Positions 17,466 through 26,288 of a DNA stretch of 32,000 bases are shown here, in pieces. The notes beneath the pieces were generated by a model. The model saw only the letters and a list, made by a program, of their open reading frames with translations, had not been told where the DNA came from and did not search any database. Origin of the DNA: an uncultured archaeon (lineage in GTDB: Archaea > Asgardarchaeota > Lokiarchaeia > Sigyniarchaeales > Promethearchaeaceae); the NCBI GenBank assembly GCA_964426185.1, contig CAYRPF010000021.1, positions 1 to 32,000 of the forward strand, given 5' to 3'. Made by a program: the position numbers and the translations under genes. Position 1 is the stretch's first letter; each line of letters begins with the position of its first letter.

Positions 17466-19193
17466 CTATTCAAGAGAAGCGAATAAATCTCTTCTTTTTT
17501 TCAAGGTAGAAACGATTTTGGAGAATACTGGACTATTATTCCTAATGTAGATTTCTCCTTGTTTATTTAGTGTTGCTGAAAATATTAGATTACCATTAGC
17601 ATAGAAATTTACATATTGATTTGATAAAGAAGGATCTACTGAAATTACATAAGCCTTCTTTCTGCGGTATATTTCGCAAGGAATCATATCATCGGCCCCA
17701 TAATATTTAGATTTGCCATTTTTACTTCCGCTTAAAGGCGGATATGATTCTTTTATGCGTCTTTTATTAGATCTCTTTTTAGATCCTACGGGTGCAACTA
17801 TTACATCAGAACCGAATGCATAAATTTCATAATACAATTCGTTAGTAAGAAAATTACGCACTTCAATAACTGGTCGCGAGAGATCTTTATCTGTGAATCC
17901 ACTGGGTTTTTTAACAGTCATTTCTAAACATAATACTTCTGCTACTTGTCCTGCATCAATAAAAATTATGGTATCAATTATGTTTGGAATAACTCCAAGC
18001 TCAACTCGGCGAATAAAACGTTGCACAGCATCAACTGGGCGGGAAGCATGAACAACTCCCACCAAACCTATACCTGCTAGCCGCATATCCGCAAAAATCT
18101 TAAAATCCGATTCAACTCGTACTTCATCAAAAATGGTGAAATCCGGACGAATTAAAAGAATAATATCAGATGTTTGCTCTAGACTACCATTTAGCGGTGC
18201 ATATTGAGAAACTTCTGGAGGGACATCTAAATCCCGTACACTTTCTAAGGTTTTTACCAGCTTATTTTTTTCCAAATAGTAGCGCGATAAAGCAGCAATA
18301 AATGTGCTTTTTCCGGCTCCCGGATTTCCAGCAACAAGGATACCTTCTGCAATCTCTAACCGATCATAAATTTTTTGCGGTAAATGATAATCTTCTAAAC
18401 TTAGTTGAACGAGCGGTTTAACTGCAGTGATTTCATATGAATTACTGAAAGGTGGGCGGCATATTACAATTCGATATTTCCTTAGTTGGATAACGGTCAC
18501 CCCCGCCTCATTTCGTTCAATAAAGGATTGTTCGTCATTCTTTGCCGTACGTATAATTCTATTGGCAATTTCAGCTATGGAAAATGGTTCCATAGGTTCT
18601 GATGTTATTGGTTCAAGTTTCCATTCTCCTGGTTTTCCCCGTTTAGCCATTGGAAGACAATGCCCTCGTAGATGGACTGACATGGTGTGATCATCAAAAA
18701 ATTCTTCAATTCCCGCTTCATCAGATTCAGCGGATTGTTCTTTTTGATTTTCGGGAAGATTCATGGTAAACAAAACATCGATCCCTTGAACCAATGCTAT
18801 AGAAGATTGAACTTCATCAGCGGTTACTAAAATGGCTTTTGCATCAAATGCATCCTTTCGAATTAGAGCATCTAATTCTCCACCCGGGTTGAGTTTAATT
18901 TGTTCTAAGGTGGGGCGTTTGCCGAAAGTTTCAATATGAATTTTTTTCTGTTTCATCAAGGCATATAATTCTTGGAGTACCTCAAGTCCTACATTTTCTT
19001 GAGGTTTAGTTTGATTTGCTTGATTTTCTACTTCGGCTAACATGACTCGTGACAGAATAATGGTAATTTTTGGCACTTCGGTAACGTGATCTAATTCAAT
19101 CGGTTGATATTCGGCTAAAGTGCTATCTTGGATAAAATCTATGATTTTACGATTATATATAACTGATGTATCAGGTAAAAAGGTAAAGGGCAT
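17466..19193 (-). CDS. PIN-domain ATPase (PINA / PINc-VapC ATPase family)
   Basis: PIN motifs PDTSVI, LAEVENQAN, GELDALIR, TAD; Walker A GNPGAGKST; RPDFTIFDEVR; DMRLAGIG.VGVVHA; ELGVIP. Confidence 0.93.
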   Translation of the reverse strand: MPFTFLPDTSVIYNRKIIDFIQDSTLAEYQPIELDHVTEVPKITIILSRVMLAEVENQANQTKPQENVGLEVLQELYALMKQKKIHIETFGKRPTLEQIKLNPGGELDALIRKDAFDAKAILVTADEVQSSIALVQGIDVLFTMNLPENQKEQSAESDEAGIEEFFDDHTMSVHLRGHCLPMAKRGKPGEWKLEPITSEPMEPFSIAEIANRIIRTAKNDEQSFIERNEAGVTVIQLRKYRIVICRPPFSNSYEITAVKPLVQLSLEDYHLPQKIYDRLEIAEGILVAGNPGAGKSTFIAALSRYYLEKNKLVKTLESVRDLDVPPEVSQYAPLNGSLEQTSDIILLIRPDFTIFDEVRVESDFKIFADMRLAGIGLVGVVHASRPVDAVQRFIRRVELGVIPNIIDTIIFIDAGQVAEVLCLEMTVKKPSGFTDKDLSRPVIEVRNFLTNELYYEIYAFGSDVIVAPVGSKKRSNKRRIKESYPPLSGSKNGKSKYYGADDMIPCEIYRRKKAYVISVDPSLSNQYVNFYANGNLIFSATLNKQGEIYIRNNSPVFSKIVSTLKKRRDLFASLE

Positions 19194-19249
19194 ATTATTT
19201 CACTTTGTTTTATTTTGTTTATTTGCTTTTTTTAATTAATGTAAAAAAT

Positions 19250-19897
19250 TTACCAATTTTTAAGTTTATTTTTATTTATTGATAGTTGAAATTGTTCTAA
19301 TTGATAGTAGGTAATATCTCCTAAGCGATCCACCGTTGCAAGAATTAAAATTTTACGAGAGTTGACGGATTGCTTTGTTATTTTATCTAATAAATCTAAT
19401 CGGACCGCATTGTCTTCTTCTAAAATAAATATAAAATATTTCGCAATATCTGTTTGTGGATTCGCTCCTCGGGAAAATATGCGAAAATGAATTTCGTCTC
19501 CATATCCTAATCTCACAATATAACCTCTTTGACGGAGATCACGGTAAACTAAGTAGCGAATCCAGATTTGTGGATCTTTTTGAGCAATCGTATTAAGAAT
19601 TTCATCACTTCTTAATGGATTTCTTTCAAGTGTCATAATTTTTAGACGATTACGCTCCATTAATAAAAGACCTTCAATAATGCTGAATTCATATTTATTA
19701 TTCGGTAATTGTAATCCAAAAAAGTTTTTTTCATGAAGATCTTTTGCGGTTGGTGAATTTTCCACAATAATCTTGTCGTTTTGTAATATTCCTGTTAATA
19801 TTTCAAGTTCTAAGTTAGAATCCGAATCTTTTTCTTTAATTTCGAGTTCTTCCTTCATTATATCTTCATCTTGAAAATCAAATTTGTGGGAATTCAT
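19250..19897 (-). CDS. endA: tRNA-intron endonuclease subunit, probably the structural (non-catalytic) type
   Basis: EGLLL.ER, YLVYRDLRQRGYIVR, FRIFSRG, RK.LILATVDRLGDITYY. Confidence 0.85.
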   Translation of the reverse strand: MNSHKFDFQDEDIMKEELEIKEKDSDSNLELEILTGILQNDKIIVENSPTAKDLHEKNFFGLQLPNNKYEFSIIEGLLLMERNRLKIMTLERNPLRSDEILNTIAQKDPQIWIRYLVYRDLRQRGYIVRLGYGDEIHFRIFSRGANPQTDIAKYFIFILEEDNAVRLDLLDKITKQSVNSRKILILATVDRLGDITYYQLEQFQLSINKNKLKNW

Positions 19898-20083
19898 TAA
19901 AATCTTCTCATACTTTCTAAAATATTTTATAATGCTGAACCTACTGCATTTTTCAAAACAAATTAATAATTCAAACGCAAAAAACTTTGCTTTTATAAAG
20001 AAATTTGCTTAAATTCCTACAAATAACTATAGAAGGAAAAAATTTCTGAAAATTTTTATACTTCGGAGTAAAAAATATAACAA

Positions 20084-21130
20084 ATGTCGAATAATGATGT
20101 TCAGCGAAAAAACAATATTTCGCGACTTTTTCCTCAAGGTGTGCCGCTCTTATGGTGTCCCCCCCTAACTCATTACCGCTCGGATAAATCTATTGATTTT
20201 GAGCGGATGAAAAAGCATATAAACCACATCGCCCCATATATTAATTCCTACTTAATTCCGGGAAGTACTTCGGACGGATGGGAAATATCCTTTGAAGAAT
20301 ACAAACAGATTCTGAATTTTGTATTTAAAGAATTCATACCGGATAGCGAAATTAATGTATTAATTGGGCTTTTACGGACAGACTCTTCAGATGTACGCAA
20401 ATTTCTCGATTATGCTGTTAAATTTTTGCAAGAGAACAATATTGAAACCGATATGGATAATTATCGTTCTTCTCGATTTAAGGGATTTGTATTATGTGCT
20501 CCGAAAGGAGAAAATCTCACCCAACAAGAGATTAAAGATGCTATCGTTCCCATATTGGAAAAAAAATACCCGATTGTGCTTTATCAACTGCCCCAAATCA
20601 CTCAGAATGAGATTAGTCCTGAAATAATCAGTGAGTTGGCGGAAAAATACCCCAATTTTTACATGATGAAAGACTCCAGCGGGCAAGATAAAGTCGCTTA
20701 TGCTGGATTGGACTACCATGATATGATTCTTTTACGAGGTGCTGAGGGGAATTATCACAAATACCTTAAAGCTGCAGGAGGTCCATATGATGGCTTTTTA
20801 CTCAGTACAGGAAATACATTTGCTAAGGGATTGAAATTCATTGTTGATCAAGTGATATCTGGTAATCTATCCGATGCTGAAAAAGAATCAACTGAGCTGA
20901 CTAAAATTATTGATGAAGTATTTACAATTGCTTCTACTATTCCATTCGGAAATGCATTTACTAATTCGAATAAACTACTCGATCACATTTTTGCTCATGG
21001 AAAACAATGGTTGAAGGCGTCAGCACCGTTGACCCATGCCGGAGAGATTCTAAGTCAAGAAATTTTACAGAAAATTGACGAAATACTCCAGAAAAGTTCA
21101 TATTATCCTAGCAAAGGATATCTCGAATGA
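20084..21130 (+). CDS. Dihydrodipicolinate synthase-like (class I aldolase) family protein
   Basis: PPLTHY...IDF, PGSTSDGWE (GxTGE-equivalent), LYQLPQ, Schiff-base Lys in MKDSSG. Confidence 0.85.
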   Translation: MSNNDVQRKNNISRLFPQGVPLLWCPPLTHYRSDKSIDFERMKKHINHIAPYINSYLIPGSTSDGWEISFEEYKQILNFVFKEFIPDSEINVLIGLLRTDSSDVRKFLDYAVKFLQENNIETDMDNYRSSRFKGFVLCAPKGENLTQQEIKDAIVPILEKKYPIVLYQLPQITQNEISPEIISELAEKYPNFYMMKDSSGQDKVAYAGLDYHDMILLRGAEGNYHKYLKAAGGPYDGFLLSTGNTFAKGLKFIVDQVISGNLSDAEKESTELTKIIDEVFTIASTIPFGNAFTNSNKLLDHIFAHGKQWLKASAPLTHAGEILSQEILQKIDEILQKSSYYPSKGYLE

Positions 21131-22416
21131 TATTTTTTTTCAGAATGGTGAAGAAAACTATGAGCTTACAAAATAAATTAAGAATTACTGAAGAAAATTT
21201 AAAGTCGATTAATGATTTTTTGCTGGACCCTTCAAACCCACTTATTCAGAAATTCATGGCAGTGGTTGAAAAATACGGAAGTCCAGAAGAAATCAATGAA
21301 AAAGCAGCTAACGCACGAAAGTTAGACAATTTGATGGAAAAATTGAAAGTGAAGAAACCCGAATATGTGAAAGATTTGGAATGGCTTATTGAACAACGCG
21401 ATGCAGGAAAATTTATCAAACTTGAAAATTATTACAAAAAGGTTTTAGGGGAAAATTATGATCCCGCCGCTATGAAAAATGATTTTGCTGTTACTTTAGA
21501 ATTAAGTGCGCTTCAATATTTTCCCTTCTTGATTGAACAAGCGAAACAAGCTATCAATAAGCAAGAATTAATGCCTGGGCGAATAATTCGGGTTAGAAAG
21601 ATGAAAGAACAAGTAGAAGACGGAGATATTTTGGCAGTAGCTGCTGCTATGAATATTATCGGTGCTTCCTATGTTGAAACATTAGATACTAAAGGAACAG
21701 ACGGTTCTAATGTGCATTTAGGTGGCCCTGAAACAATTACTGGTTATTTTGGAGGGGTAGGACAGCCAAATCATTATCCTATTAAATGGTTGGATGAATT
21801 TCTCTATTATTATACCACTTATGGGGTTCGACAAGTTCTAAATGTAAATCCTGGAACCGTTTTACTGGGATATTTTCTCCATAAAATCGGAGTAGATATA
21901 GAGTTTAAAATATCTGTTTATATGGGAAATGATAATCCATACAGCGTATTGTGGACTTTAATGACTGCAAAATTATTCAGTCGTGACGATAATACGACCT
22001 CATTAATTGGGTTTAATTTTTCAAATTCGGTCAATAATGAAACCATCGAATTGAGCGCAATTCCTCGGAAAGCGTTTGGATTTGAAGATGTAGTGCGGTT
22101 TGAACATCATATTACCGAAACCTACAAATCGATTGTTCGCCAACCTTATAATCGTCGGGATGAATTAATAGAAGTAGCAGCCAAAGTCAAAAACATCAGT
22201 GCCAAGCATGAAGGTGCCGATCCAGAACTTGATGAAATTCGCGAACATCCTTCGGATATTTTAGATTATTTTATGGACAAAGAGGATGTAATTAAACAGA
22301 ACTTAATGGATAAATTATTACGCAACTATTTAGATAAACACGATGCAATAACTAAAACTGCGAACGCCTTGATTAAAAATCATATTCCAGTTATTCCTGC
22401 CAGAAATCTGCATTAA
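21127..22416 (+). CDS. Large soluble protein of unknown function, enzyme-like (start probably ATG 21160)
   Basis: Gly/His/Asp-rich segments DTKGTDGSNVHLGG, GYFGGVGQPN, KISVYMGNDN, RFEHHITE, KHEG. GGTGA RBS before 21160. Confidence 0.8.
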   Translation: MIFFFRMVKKTMSLQNKLRITEENLKSINDFLLDPSNPLIQKFMAVVEKYGSPEEINEKAANARKLDNLMEKLKVKKPEYVKDLEWLIEQRDAGKFIKLENYYKKVLGENYDPAAMKNDFAVTLELSALQYFPFLIEQAKQAINKQELMPGRIIRVRKMKEQVEDGDILAVAAAMNIIGASYVETLDTKGTDGSNVHLGGPETITGYFGGVGQPNHYPIKWLDEFLYYYTTYGVRQVLNVNPGTVLLGYFLHKIGVDIEFKISVYMGNDNPYSVLWTLMTAKLFSRDDNTTSLIGFNFSNSVNNETIELSAIPRKAFGFEDVVRFEHHITETYKSIVRQPYNRRDELIEVAAKVKNISAKHEGADPELDEIREHPSDILDYFMDKEDVIKQNLMDKLLRNYLDKHDAITKTANALIKNHIPVIPARNLH

Positions 22417-22480
22417 ATTGCTTTTTTCTTTTCTTTATCTTTTTTCGATAAATTCTTAATCCGATTTGTATTATTGGTGA

Positions 22481-23890
22481 ATGAGATATTCAATGCGGAA
22501 AGATTATTTCCTTTTAGGGTTAGGGTTTCGCGTAATAATGCTCTTTTTCTTTATTCAATTAAATGAAACCAACCACTACAATGATGCCTCCCTAATTATT
22601 TACAAAGGCTTCTTGCATATTTTAAATGGTGAGAACCCTTATTCATTTATCTATGAACTTCCATGGGGAACTGGAACATTTTACCAGCCATTAAACTACG
22701 GGCCGCTGGTTTTCATTCTTTTCCTTCCAGCCATGTTTATTCCTATTTGGTATCATGATTTATGGATTGGAATGGCAATAATGATTAATCTTTATAGTTT
22801 TGGGATTGCTGAGATCCTCTCAAACATGGGCTCTCGAGACGCTGAATTTCAATCAAAGATTCCTAATTCTAATCCCGATAAGGATGTATTTAGTAATAAA
22901 TTGTCAAGTTTGTTATATTACGGTGGAATTCTTTTCTGGTTGGTACCCTTCGGCACAACCGTAATTTCCGTCTTCATTTATGCACCAATTTTTCTCACTA
23001 CATTAGCTTTTATATATCGGAAAAATCCCATTCTTTCCGGATTCTTTTTAATGATCGGTGCGCTAACTTATCAGTTAGTTCTTCTGCTAGTTCCTATCTT
23101 TGGTATATATTATTTAAAACAGAATTGGTCTGCTACTTTTAAATTTGTGCTTGGGTGCATTCCTGCATTGATTGTTTTATGTTTCTTTATTTTTTGGCAG
23201 TATCCTGCAGGAACAATTGATAACCTTTTTCTTTATACTTCAAGAATGCCTTATATAAAATGTGAAACTTGTGGAAGTGATCTAGATCGTTTTTCTTTCT
23301 TTTCTATTCCCCATTTGCTCTATATCTGGAGCAATGGCAACATTCAAGTCGGGAATTATTTTCGCCTGGGTGTTGTGGTAATTTTAGGAATATATTGCCT
23401 ATTGTTGCTCTTTCAAAAAAAAGAATCGAAGGAAATGGCCGTTTCAATTATCAGATATCAAATCCTTTCCGTAATTCTTTTTACTCTAACCACGAATTAT
23501 GGACAAATGCATTATTTATTTTTCACCATAATTCCAATATTCTTTTTGCTTCAATATAAAAAACCGAATTGGTCGAAAAGCAAATCAATTAATCCCGAAG
23601 CCCCCAGAAGGATATCCGATCTTTCCGATGAAAAAATTGCCCTTTCATTGATATCAAAGACGATAATAAGCATTGTAATTCTTTTTTTTGCATTATTTGG
23701 GCTCCATTTTGGTATTCCGGGTTATTTTTTAGAGTTTCAAATTGTTAGTTATCAATATCATGGTTGGGTAAAATGGGTTATTTTTATTGTAGCTGTTCTA
23801 ATGATATTGATTGGTATCATAACCATAATTTATCGGCGTTCAAAGCCATCATCTCAAAATCAAAAATCAGTTATTCCAGGAATGAAATAG
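22481..23890 (+). CDS. Polytopic membrane protein, GT-C superfamily glycosyltransferase-like (GT87/PIG-M-like)
   Basis: First TM followed by D...G.NPY...NYGPL.F (typical GT-C first loop); more than 10 TM segments; late Q.HYL motif. Confidence 0.65.
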   Translation: MRYSMRKDYFLLGLGFRVIMLFFFIQLNETNHYNDASLIIYKGFLHILNGENPYSFIYELPWGTGTFYQPLNYGPLVFILFLPAMFIPIWYHDLWIGMAIMINLYSFGIAEILSNMGSRDAEFQSKIPNSNPDKDVFSNKLSSLLYYGGILFWLVPFGTTVISVFIYAPIFLTTLAFIYRKNPILSGFFLMIGALTYQLVLLLVPIFGIYYLKQNWSATFKFVLGCIPALIVLCFFIFWQYPAGTIDNLFLYTSRMPYIKCETCGSDLDRFSFFSIPHLLYIWSNGNIQVGNYFRLGVVVILGIYCLLLLFQKKESKEMAVSIIRYQILSVILFTLTTNYGQMHYLFFTIIPIFFLLQYKKPNWSKSKSINPEAPRRISDLSDEKIALSLISKTIISIVILFFALFGLHFGIPGYFLEFQIVSYQYHGWVKWVIFIVAVLMILIGIITIIYRRSKPSSQNQKSVIPGMK

Positions 23891-23893
23891 AAA

Positions 23894-24736
23894 ATGGTAA
23901 TTGAAATCTCAGAAGAATCTATAAAACATGCACAAATTACATTTTCACTTATAATAATTAATGTTTTGTCATTCATCATAGTAAATCTCATTTTAGGGAC
24001 TACTTGGGTTCTTTTTTTTGCTCAATCTAATCATCTGATAATCCACGGGAAAGAAATTTGGGGGCTTATCACTTCAATTTTTATGCATGCAGATGTTGCT
24101 CATTTAATTTTTAATATGATATCCTTATTTCTATTCGGTGTATTTGTGGAAAATAACTATACCAAAGTTCAATTTATCTTAATTTACATTGGTTCAGGCT
24201 TGGTGGGCTCTCTTTTTTCATTATTGTATTATATTTTGATTTCTCAAGGGATTTACTATCCAGTTTATGGATTGGGAAGTTCTGGTGCAATTTACGGCTT
24301 GATGGCTGCAACTTTTGTGAAAATTCCCCGTTCCAATAAGTATATGTATATTTATGGAATAATATTTGTGGGATATCAGTTATTAACCTCTTTGAATAAT
24401 TGGGCTCACATATTCGGTTTTGTGGCTGGTTTTGCAATTGCTCGACTTATAAAACACCAGGTTGAACATCAATCACGGCAAAATTTAAAATATTCAAAAG
24501 AATCTGAAAAAATAGCTCTGGAAAAGAGTATTTTTAATCGATTTTGCAGATTATTGCAGATCGAAAATCCAATGTTATTAACCCAAATGGCAGAATATTT
24601 ACAAATAGATGAAATTGAATTGATGAAAAGACTGATAATTTGGAAGCAAAAACTGCCATTCACAATTCGGCATGATAGAATTTACATTCCGAATATGGAT
24701 GAATTTCTTAGAGCTCTCGATCGGATTCCCTCTTAA
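23894..24736 (+). CDS. Rhomboid intramembrane serine protease with a C-terminal winged-helix/PCI-like domain
   Basis: W.LITSIFMH...HLIFNM, catalytic GSSG, AH.FG...G; soluble ~80-aa tail. Confidence 0.9.
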   Translation: MVIEISEESIKHAQITFSLIIINVLSFIIVNLILGTTWVLFFAQSNHLIIHGKEIWGLITSIFMHADVAHLIFNMISLFLFGVFVENNYTKVQFILIYIGSGLVGSLFSLLYYILISQGIYYPVYGLGSSGAIYGLMAATFVKIPRSNKYMYIYGIIFVGYQLLTSLNNWAHIFGFVAGFAIARLIKHQVEHQSRQNLKYSKESEKIALEKSIFNRFCRLLQIENPMLLTQMAEYLQIDEIELMKRLIIWKQKLPFTIRHDRIYIPNMDEFLRALDRIPS

Positions 24737-24759
24737 ACTATGGGATTTTATATACAATT

Positions 24760-26265
24760 ATGGTATTAGAAAATCTTAAACCCCAAGTAGTTTGGGATAT
24801 TTTTGAACAAGTATTTCTGGCAACTCCTCACGAGTCAAAACATGAAGAATTAATCCGGAAAAAAATAAAAGAATGGTTACAAACGAACGTCATTCCTTCT
24901 CACCCCGAAATTATAATAAACGAAGATAATATTGGGAATATTTTAATCCGTGTTCCTGCCACGCCCGGTTATGAAGAAGTTCCTTCACTCCTTCTACAAG
25001 GACATATGGATATGGTTTGTGTGGCTAATGAACCATTTGATTTTCAGAAAGATCCCATTACTCCAGAAATTGAAACTAATGGAGATTGGGTTACAGCAAA
25101 AGGAACATCTCTAGGGGCCGACAATGGTATTGGTGTGTCAATGGCATTAGCCCTTTTAGTTGATCCCGAATTTCCACCTCATGGACCTTTGGAAATTTTA
25201 ATTACGGTTGATGAAGAGACCGGTTTAACCGGTGCATTTGAACTTGATGTCGATAAACTTCAAATTCAAAGCCGTTTACTGATAAACGTGGATTCTGAAG
25301 AACTTGGGATGATTACAGTTGGATCTGCTGGTGGAGGAGATTCATTGATGGAAAAAGCCCTATATCGTTTTTCAGATTATTCCAATTATTCTACATTTTA
25401 TCAATTAGAAGTGAGTGGATTGCTCGGAGGTCATTCTGGTGGAGATATTCACCTACCTCGTGCGAATGCGAATAAATTAATTGCCAGAATAATGAGTAAA
25501 CTCACAATTGCGAAAATTCCAATCGTTATTTCTGATTGGAAAGGTGGCACAAAACATAATGCAATTCCACGTAAATCAATTATTTCATTTGGATTTCCGG
25601 CTGAAAATAAGGCTGAAGTTGATTCACTTATCGAAAGAGAGCGGGCAGCCATATTGTCATACTATCATAAAGGAGAAAACCCATTTGAACCAGATCTGAA
25701 AATTGAAATCACCCCAACAAAGCCTGCATCATATTTTTCCCTTGAAGAAAGTCGATTGATTATTTCAACTGGAAATATTATTCCAAGCAGAGCAATCGTG
25801 CCTTCTCCGACTATTTCTGGGCTAACAGAAACATCGAATAATTTTGCCATAGTAGTATCTAGCGATACTGGAATACTTTTTCATTTATCCAGCCGTAGCT
25901 CCGTGCAAGCAGAATTAGAATGGCTAAGAGATCAATTGGAACAATTAGCCTATACTGCAGACTGGAAATACAATCGTGAAGATGCCTATCCAGGTTGGAA
26001 TCCAGATCTCGAAAGTCCATTTTTGGCTTATGTGAGAAGGGTTTATGGTGAAGAAATTAATCGGGAAGTGGAAGTTGGTGCCGTTCATGGGGGTTTGGAA
26101 ACCGGACTAATTGGAGACAAGATTCCTGGAATTGAAATGGTATCGATTGGACCAGATATTCAAAATCCTCATTCTCCAGATGAGCGTGTGAATATTTCCA
26201 GTGTGGAGAAGATGTATTCCATTTTAAAGCGTCTCATTCGCGATTTGAATCGATACCATGCATAA
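24760..26265 (+). CDS. pepD: Aminoacyl-histidine dipeptidase (M20C, PepD)
   Basis: LQGHMDMVC, GTSLGADNGIG, TVDEETGLTGA, INVDSE, GGHSG.DIH, YPGW.P, HGGLE.G, PHSPDE. Confidence 0.95.
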   Translation: MVLENLKPQVVWDIFEQVFLATPHESKHEELIRKKIKEWLQTNVIPSHPEIIINEDNIGNILIRVPATPGYEEVPSLLLQGHMDMVCVANEPFDFQKDPITPEIETNGDWVTAKGTSLGADNGIGVSMALALLVDPEFPPHGPLEILITVDEETGLTGAFELDVDKLQIQSRLLINVDSEELGMITVGSAGGGDSLMEKALYRFSDYSNYSTFYQLEVSGLLGGHSGGDIHLPRANANKLIARIMSKLTIAKIPIVISDWKGGTKHNAIPRKSIISFGFPAENKAEVDSLIERERAAILSYYHKGENPFEPDLKIEITPTKPASYFSLEESRLIISTGNIIPSRAIVPSPTISGLTETSNNFAIVVSSDTGILFHLSSRSSVQAELEWLRDQLEQLAYTADWKYNREDAYPGWNPDLESPFLAYVRRVYGEEINREVEVGAVHGGLETGLIGDKIPGIEMVSIGPDIQNPHSPDERVNISSVEKMYSILKRLIRDLNRYHA

Positions 26266-26288
26266 GTGTGCAAGCGAATCATAATATT

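Noticed and set aside
17466-19193. PIN domain as a VapC toxin or defence system
   Set aside because: It is part of the housekeeping PINA ATPase, and there is no adjacent antitoxin.
3428-23890. Hypothesis of a GPI-like glycolipid pathway (phosphohexomutase, MIPS, CDP-alcohol transferase, GT-C)
   Set aside because: The genes are scattered over more than 20 kb in different transcription units, and the CDP-alcohol transferase looks PssA-like rather than inositol-specific.
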